Shown here in pieces: positions 60,540 to 64,000 of a DNA stretch of 64,000 nucleotides. Source of the stretch: an uncultured Chloroflexia bacterium. GTDB taxonomy: Bacteria > Chloroflexota > Limnocylindria > QHBO01. The notes below the pieces were generated by a model. That model did not search any database. It saw only the letters and a program-made list of their open reading frames with translations, and had not been told where the DNA came from. Both the position numbers and the translations under genes were made by a program. The number at the start of each line of letters is the position of its first letter. Position 1 is the first letter of the stretch. The DNA is taken from positions 310,132-374,131 of the forward strand of contig CAVPGY010000002.1 in NCBI GenBank assembly GCA_963704115.1. Reading direction: 5' to 3'.

Positions 60540-61030
60540 GCGGCCCGCGCGACGAGCCCGTCCCGATTCGGCGCGCGGCGATCGGCTGCCTGGTGATCGC
60601 GCTGCTGGGCCTGGGCGCCGCGGCGCTGGTGCGGCCCGCCATCTACCTGCTGGCGCCGCCGAGGGACGACGCGCGGGTCATTGTGGCCACGCTGACCGAG
60701 CTTGACGCCGGACCGATCGCGCGCGACCAGGTGCTGGCGCGCTCCTACGGGCACGACGGCGAGCGCGATGCGGGCGAGGGGCGGGTGCAGATCCGGCTCA
60801 TCATCGCTCCCGGGAGCTTCGGCGCGGCCACGGTGGTGAACGCCGCCAGCCCCCTGGACGAGGACTGCCGGGTGGAGATCGGTGCCGATCGGCTGTTCGA
60901 CTGCGAGCAGCGCGCGTGGACCTATCAGGGGCTGCCGATCGACTCCGCCGATCCGCCCCTCGAGCGCTTCGCGGTGCAGATCGAGAGCGGCGCCATCGTG
61001 GCCGACCTGACCAAACCCATCGACGAGTAG
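60536..61030 (+). CDS. membrane-anchored hypothetical protein, possibly a degenerate Rieske-like fold
   Basis: The ATG overlaps the upstream stop (ATGA). The transmembrane segment is AAIGCLVIALLGLGAAALV. The C-terminal pattern ..AASPLDEDCRVEI..LFDCEQRAWTYQG..PPLERFAVQIESGAIVADL resembles Rieske spacing without the His ligands. Confidence 0.45.
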   Translation: MSGPRDEPVPIRRAAIGCLVIALLGLGAAALVRPAIYLLAPPRDDARVIVATLTELDAGPIARDQVLARSYGHDGERDAGEGRVQIRLIIAPGSFGAATVVNAASPLDEDCRVEIGADRLFDCEQRAWTYQGLPIDSADPPLERFAVQIESGAIVADLTKPIDE

Positions 61031-61105
61031 CGTGCGCAGCGGCACGATGCGTGCATCGGAGCACGCGGCGCGGGCGTGGCGCTCGGAACGCGACAAGGAG
61101 GAACC

Positions 61106-61372
61106 ATGGGCGATCTCGGCATCTTCGGGTGGATCATCATCGGTCTCATCGCCGGCGCGCTGGCCGGCTTCTTCGTGCCCGGCCGCGAGCGGATGGGCTG
61201 CATCGGCACGATGCTGATCGGCATCCTAGGCGGCATCATCGGCGGCTTCCTGTGGGTCAACGTGCTCGGCCAGGACGAGGCGTCGGGGTGGCTGGGCGCC
61301 CTGGTGATCGCCACCATCGGCTCGATCCTGGTGCTCGCCGTCCTGCGGTCGATGTCCGGGCGTCGCGACTGA
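61106..61372 (+). CDS. GlsB/YeaQ/YmgE-family transglycosylase-associated small membrane protein
   Basis: Sequence features: GIFGWIIIGLIAGALAGFFVPGRERMGCIGTMLIGILGGIIGGFL. AAGGAGGA lies upstream of the ATG. Confidence 0.85.
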   Translation: MGDLGIFGWIIIGLIAGALAGFFVPGRERMGCIGTMLIGILGGIIGGFLWVNVLGQDEASGWLGALVIATIGSILVLAVLRSMSGRRD

Positions 61373-61461
61373 TCGGGTCCTGCCTGGCTGCGGCGGTTGC
61401 GCGCCCCGGCGGAATCGGCGACGATACGCGCCGCCGCGCTCCCGACCACGCGCGGCATCGT

Positions 61462-61538
61462 GGTGGCCTTAGCTCAATCGGCAGAGCACCGGATTGTGGC
61501 TCCGGAGGTCACGGGTTCGATCCCCGTAGGCCACCCCA
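61462..61538 (+). tRNA. tRNA-His (anticodon GTG), with encoded G-1 and 3' CCA
   Basis: Hand-folded cloverleaf. The acceptor stem is GTGGCCT/AGGCCAC. The D arm is GCTC..GAGC. The anticodon stem is CCGGA/TCCGG with loop TTGTGGC. The T arm is ACGGG-TTCGATC-CCCGT. An extra 5' G pairs with the discriminator C. Confidence 0.9.
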
Positions 61539-61673
61539 CCCCTCACCGGCACCGGGCTGCCCATGCCCGGCCAGTTCCCGCTCCGCACGAGCGCGCTGCG
61601 CGGAGAACTCCGGGCGAGCGTCGAACGCGCACGGACCTCCTCTGCCCCCCGTGACCCCCGCATACTCGATCCG

Positions 61674-63764
61674 ATGAAGCACGACGAGCACCCGGGGTCC
61701 GTCGACCACGGATCGCAGCACGGGGCCGAACATGCTGCGCCGACGGCCGACGCGGCGACCCACGAACAGCACGGCGGCCATGACAAGCACGCGGGCCACG
61801 ATCCCGAGGCGTTCCGCCGCCAGTTCTGGGTCGCCCTGCTGCTCACCGTCCCGGTGGTCATCTGGAGCCACGAGGTCCAGATGTGGCTCCGCTACACCGC
61901 GCCGGCGTTTCCCGGGTCCGACTGGGTCGCGCCGATCCTCGGTACGGCCGTCTTCCTGTACGGCGGTCGCGTCTTCCTGTACGGCGCCCGCACCGAGCTG
62001 GGCGACCGGCAGCCGGGGATGATGACGCTCATCAGCCTGGCGATCGTCGTGGCCTTCGTCACGTCCTGGGCCGCGACCCTGGGGTTCTTCGAGGTCGAGG
62101 TGTGGTGGGAGCTCGCCACCCTCGTCACCGTCATGAGCCTCGGTCACTGGCTGGAGATGCGCTCGATCATGCAGGCGCGTGGCGCGCTCAGCGCGCTCGC
62201 AGAGCTGCTCCCCGACGAGGCCGAACGCGTCACCGAGGCCGGCACCCAATCGGTACGCACCGCCGACCTGCGGGTCGGAGACATCGTCCTCGTCCGTCCC
62301 GGTGCCCGCGTGCCGGCCGACGGCACCGTCGCCGAGGGCATGGCCGACGTCGACCAGTCGATGATCACCGGGGAGTCGCGCCCGGTCACCCGGGAGCCGG
62401 GCGACCGCGTGGTGGCCGGGACGGTGGCGGCCGGGGGCAGCCTACGGGTCGAGGTCTCGGCGGTCGGCGACGACACGGCGCTGTCCGGGATCATGCGGCT
62501 GGTGGCACAGGCGCAGGCATCGAACAGCCGTGCCCAGGCGCTCGCCGACCGGGCCGCAGCGGTCCTCTTCTACGTCGCGCTGGTGGCCGGCGTGCTGACG
62601 CTGGTCGCCTGGACCCTGCTCGGCAACCCCGAGGAGGGACTCATCCGTACCGCGACCGTGCTGGTCATCGCATGCCCGCACGCTCTCGGGCTGGCGATCC
62701 CGCTGGTCATTGCCATCAGCACGACGCTCGGCGCGCGCAACGGGCTGCTCGTGAAGGATCGGCTGGCGCTGGAGCGGGCGAAGGACCTCGACGTCGTGAT
62801 CTTCGACAAGACCGGTACGCTGACGCGCGGCGCGCCCGTGCTCTCCGCCGTCGCCACCGTCCCCGGTCTCGACGAGGACGGCATGCTGGCGCTGGCCGCC
62901 GCCGTGGAAACCGACAGCGAACACCCGCTGGCGCGGGCGATCGTGACCGGCGCGGCGGGACGTGGCCTGACGCCGTCGTACGCCTCCGACTTCGAGGCGC
63001 TGCCCGGCCGGGGCGCCCGGGCGACCGTCGCCGGGTCGACCGTCCACGTCGGTGGGCCGCAACTCCTGAACGAGCTGGGTCTGCGAGTCCCGGACTCGCT
63101 GGAGGCAGTGACCTCGGGCTGGGCCGATGCCGGTCGCACGGTGATGACCGTGGTCCGCGACGGGGCCGTGGTTGGTGCGCTGAGCGTCGAGGACGAGATC
63201 CGTCCGGAGTCATTCGAGGCCGTCCGGCAGCTTCACGCCATCGGCGTCCGCGTGGCGATGATCACGGGCGATGCGCGGTCGGTGGCCGACTCGGTCGCGG
63301 GGCGACTGGGGATCGACGAGGTCGCGGCCCAGGTGCTGCCGGCCGACAAGGCCGATGCGGTGCGCCGCTTCCAGGCGGGGGGCCGCCGCGTCGCGATGGT
63401 CGGCGACGGTGTCAACGACGCCCCGGCACTCGCTCAGGCCGACGTGGGCATCGCCATCGGCGCCGGCACCGACGTGGCCCTCGAGTCCGCGGGCATCGTG
63501 CTCGTCAGCAGCGACCCGCGCGACGTCGTCGGGGCGATCACGCTCTCCCGGGCGAGCTACCGGAAGATGCTCCAGAACCTCGCCTGGGCGACCGGGTACA
63601 ACGCGCTGGCGATCCCGGTGGCCGCCGGCGTGCTGGCGCCCATCGGCTTCATCCTACCGATGAGCGTCGGTGCGCTGGTGATGAGCGTCTCGACGATCGT
63701 GGTCGCGGCCAACGCACAGCTGCTGCGCGGCCTCCGGCTTCGGCCGGCGGCCGCCGAGGTGTGA
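61674..63764 (+). CDS. heavy-metal (copper) P1B-type ATPase, CopB-like, with His-rich N-terminus
   Basis: Internal start MKHDEH. The N-terminus is His-rich (HDEHPGSVDHGSQHGAEH...HEQHGGHDKHAGH). The membrane motif is CPH. Other motifs: DKTGTLT and GDGVNDAP. Confidence 0.9.
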   Translation: MKHDEHPGSVDHGSQHGAEHAAPTADAATHEQHGGHDKHAGHDPEAFRRQFWVALLLTVPVVIWSHEVQMWLRYTAPAFPGSDWVAPILGTAVFLYGGRVFLYGARTELGDRQPGMMTLISLAIVVAFVTSWAATLGFFEVEVWWELATLVTVMSLGHWLEMRSIMQARGALSALAELLPDEAERVTEAGTQSVRTADLRVGDIVLVRPGARVPADGTVAEGMADVDQSMITGESRPVTREPGDRVVAGTVAAGGSLRVEVSAVGDDTALSGIMRLVAQAQASNSRAQALADRAAAVLFYVALVAGVLTLVAWTLLGNPEEGLIRTATVLVIACPHALGLAIPLVIAISTTLGARNGLLVKDRLALERAKDLDVVIFDKTGTLTRGAPVLSAVATVPGLDEDGMLALAAAVETDSEHPLARAIVTGAAGRGLTPSYASDFEALPGRGARATVAGSTVHVGGPQLLNELGLRVPDSLEAVTSGWADAGRTVMTVVRDGAVVGALSVEDEIRPESFEAVRQLHAIGVRVAMITGDARSVADSVAGRLGIDEVAAQVLPADKADAVRRFQAGGRRVAMVGDGVNDAPALAQADVGIAIGAGTDVALESAGIVLVSSDPRDVVGAITLSRASYRKMLQNLAWATGYNALAIPVAAGVLAPIGFILPMSVGALVMSVSTIVVAANAQLLRGLRLRPAAAEV

Positions 63765-63774
63765 CCGCCGGAAG

Positions 63775-64000
63775 CTACGGGCGCTTCTCGCCTCCGGGCG
63801 TCGATCGCGTGGTCCAGCGCTGCGACACCAGGATCAGTCCTCCCACGACGATCAGGATGGCTGGCCACCAGCCCCCCGCGGTCTCCAGCCAGCCCTCGCG
63901 GCCCGTGCCGATGAGCACGCCGATGGTCGCCAGGATGCCGCCGGGGATGAGGGGCCACCAGTGGGCCGCGGATCGGCGAACGACCGCGTCGACGGCGTAG
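63775..64000 (-). CDS. 3' end of a membrane protein gene; 5' part lies outside the window
   Basis: Hand translation gives ..HWWPLIPGGILATIGVLIGTGREGWLETAGGWWPAILIVVGGLILVSQRW..*. Coordinates are +/-1 nt because my hand indexing disagreed with the track by 1 nt in this region. Confidence 0.4.
   Translation of the reverse strand, partial: YAVDAVVRRSAAHWWPLIPGGILATIGVLIGTGREGWLETAGGWWPAILIVVGGLILVSQRWTTRSTPGGEKRP

Noticed and set aside
61462-61730. tRNA-His lying directly upstream of an ATPase whose N-terminus is extremely His-rich. I considered a functional link.
   Set aside because: No mechanism is evident, there is no attenuator-like leader peptide, and a short hairpin follows the tRNA. I treat this as coincidence.

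Overview
This is a very GC-rich chromosomal segment (roughly 70% G+C by eye, not computed) with gene content typical of a high-GC Gram-positive or Chloroflexi-like bacterium. I support about 60 protein genes and one tRNA-His. Genes are tightly packed, and many start/stop codons overlap by 1-4 nt (ATGA, GTGA, TGATG), which implies operons.

Gene content, in map order:
- ogt
- an aldehyde dehydrogenase-cupin-half-ALDH operon
- a CGNR zinc-finger regulator divergent from two small ORFs and PolX
- a TPR protein followed by a ~930-aa Zn-ribbon methyltransferase-fold protein
- PIG-L deacetylases, an MsbA-type ABC exporter, a DUF255 thioredoxin-domain protein, YjbQ, CcsA
- a nucleoside-salvage neighbourhood: two adenosine deaminase paralogs, a nucleoside hydrolase and a BMP-family ABC importer
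- a PASTA Ser/Thr kinase, PepA, CsbD, a prepilin peptidase, PBP1A
- a glgC operon that also holds an HQxxH pseudo-peptidase and an NAPRTase
- TopIB, a NUDIX hydrolase, two ABC exporter pairs, a DinB-like protein, a cNMP-binding protein
- a GH38 alpha-mannosidase/EEP/sugar-ABC locus
- a ParB-like/metallophosphoesterase/Rieske-like triad
- GlsB, tRNA-His and a CopB-type P-type ATPase

I found no transposase, integrase, prophage, CRISPR array or rRNA gene.

The most striking sequence-level feature is at least 13 single-nucleotide frame interruptions in 10 otherwise recognisable genes, grouped in three clusters. They are either assembly indels or real gene decay.

The best candidates for undescribed biology are:
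1. the TPR plus degenerate methyltransferase/nuclease-like pair (7.7-11.3 kb)
2. the three-gene ParB-like cassette (59.2-61.0 kb)
3. the CGNR intergenic region with duplicated operator-like repeats and two same-frame small ORFs (4.6-5.0 kb)

None of them is a clear-cut defence or mobile system. All functional calls rest on motif recognition by eye. Coordinates that are not taken from the ORF track were indexed by hand and may be off by 1-2 nt.
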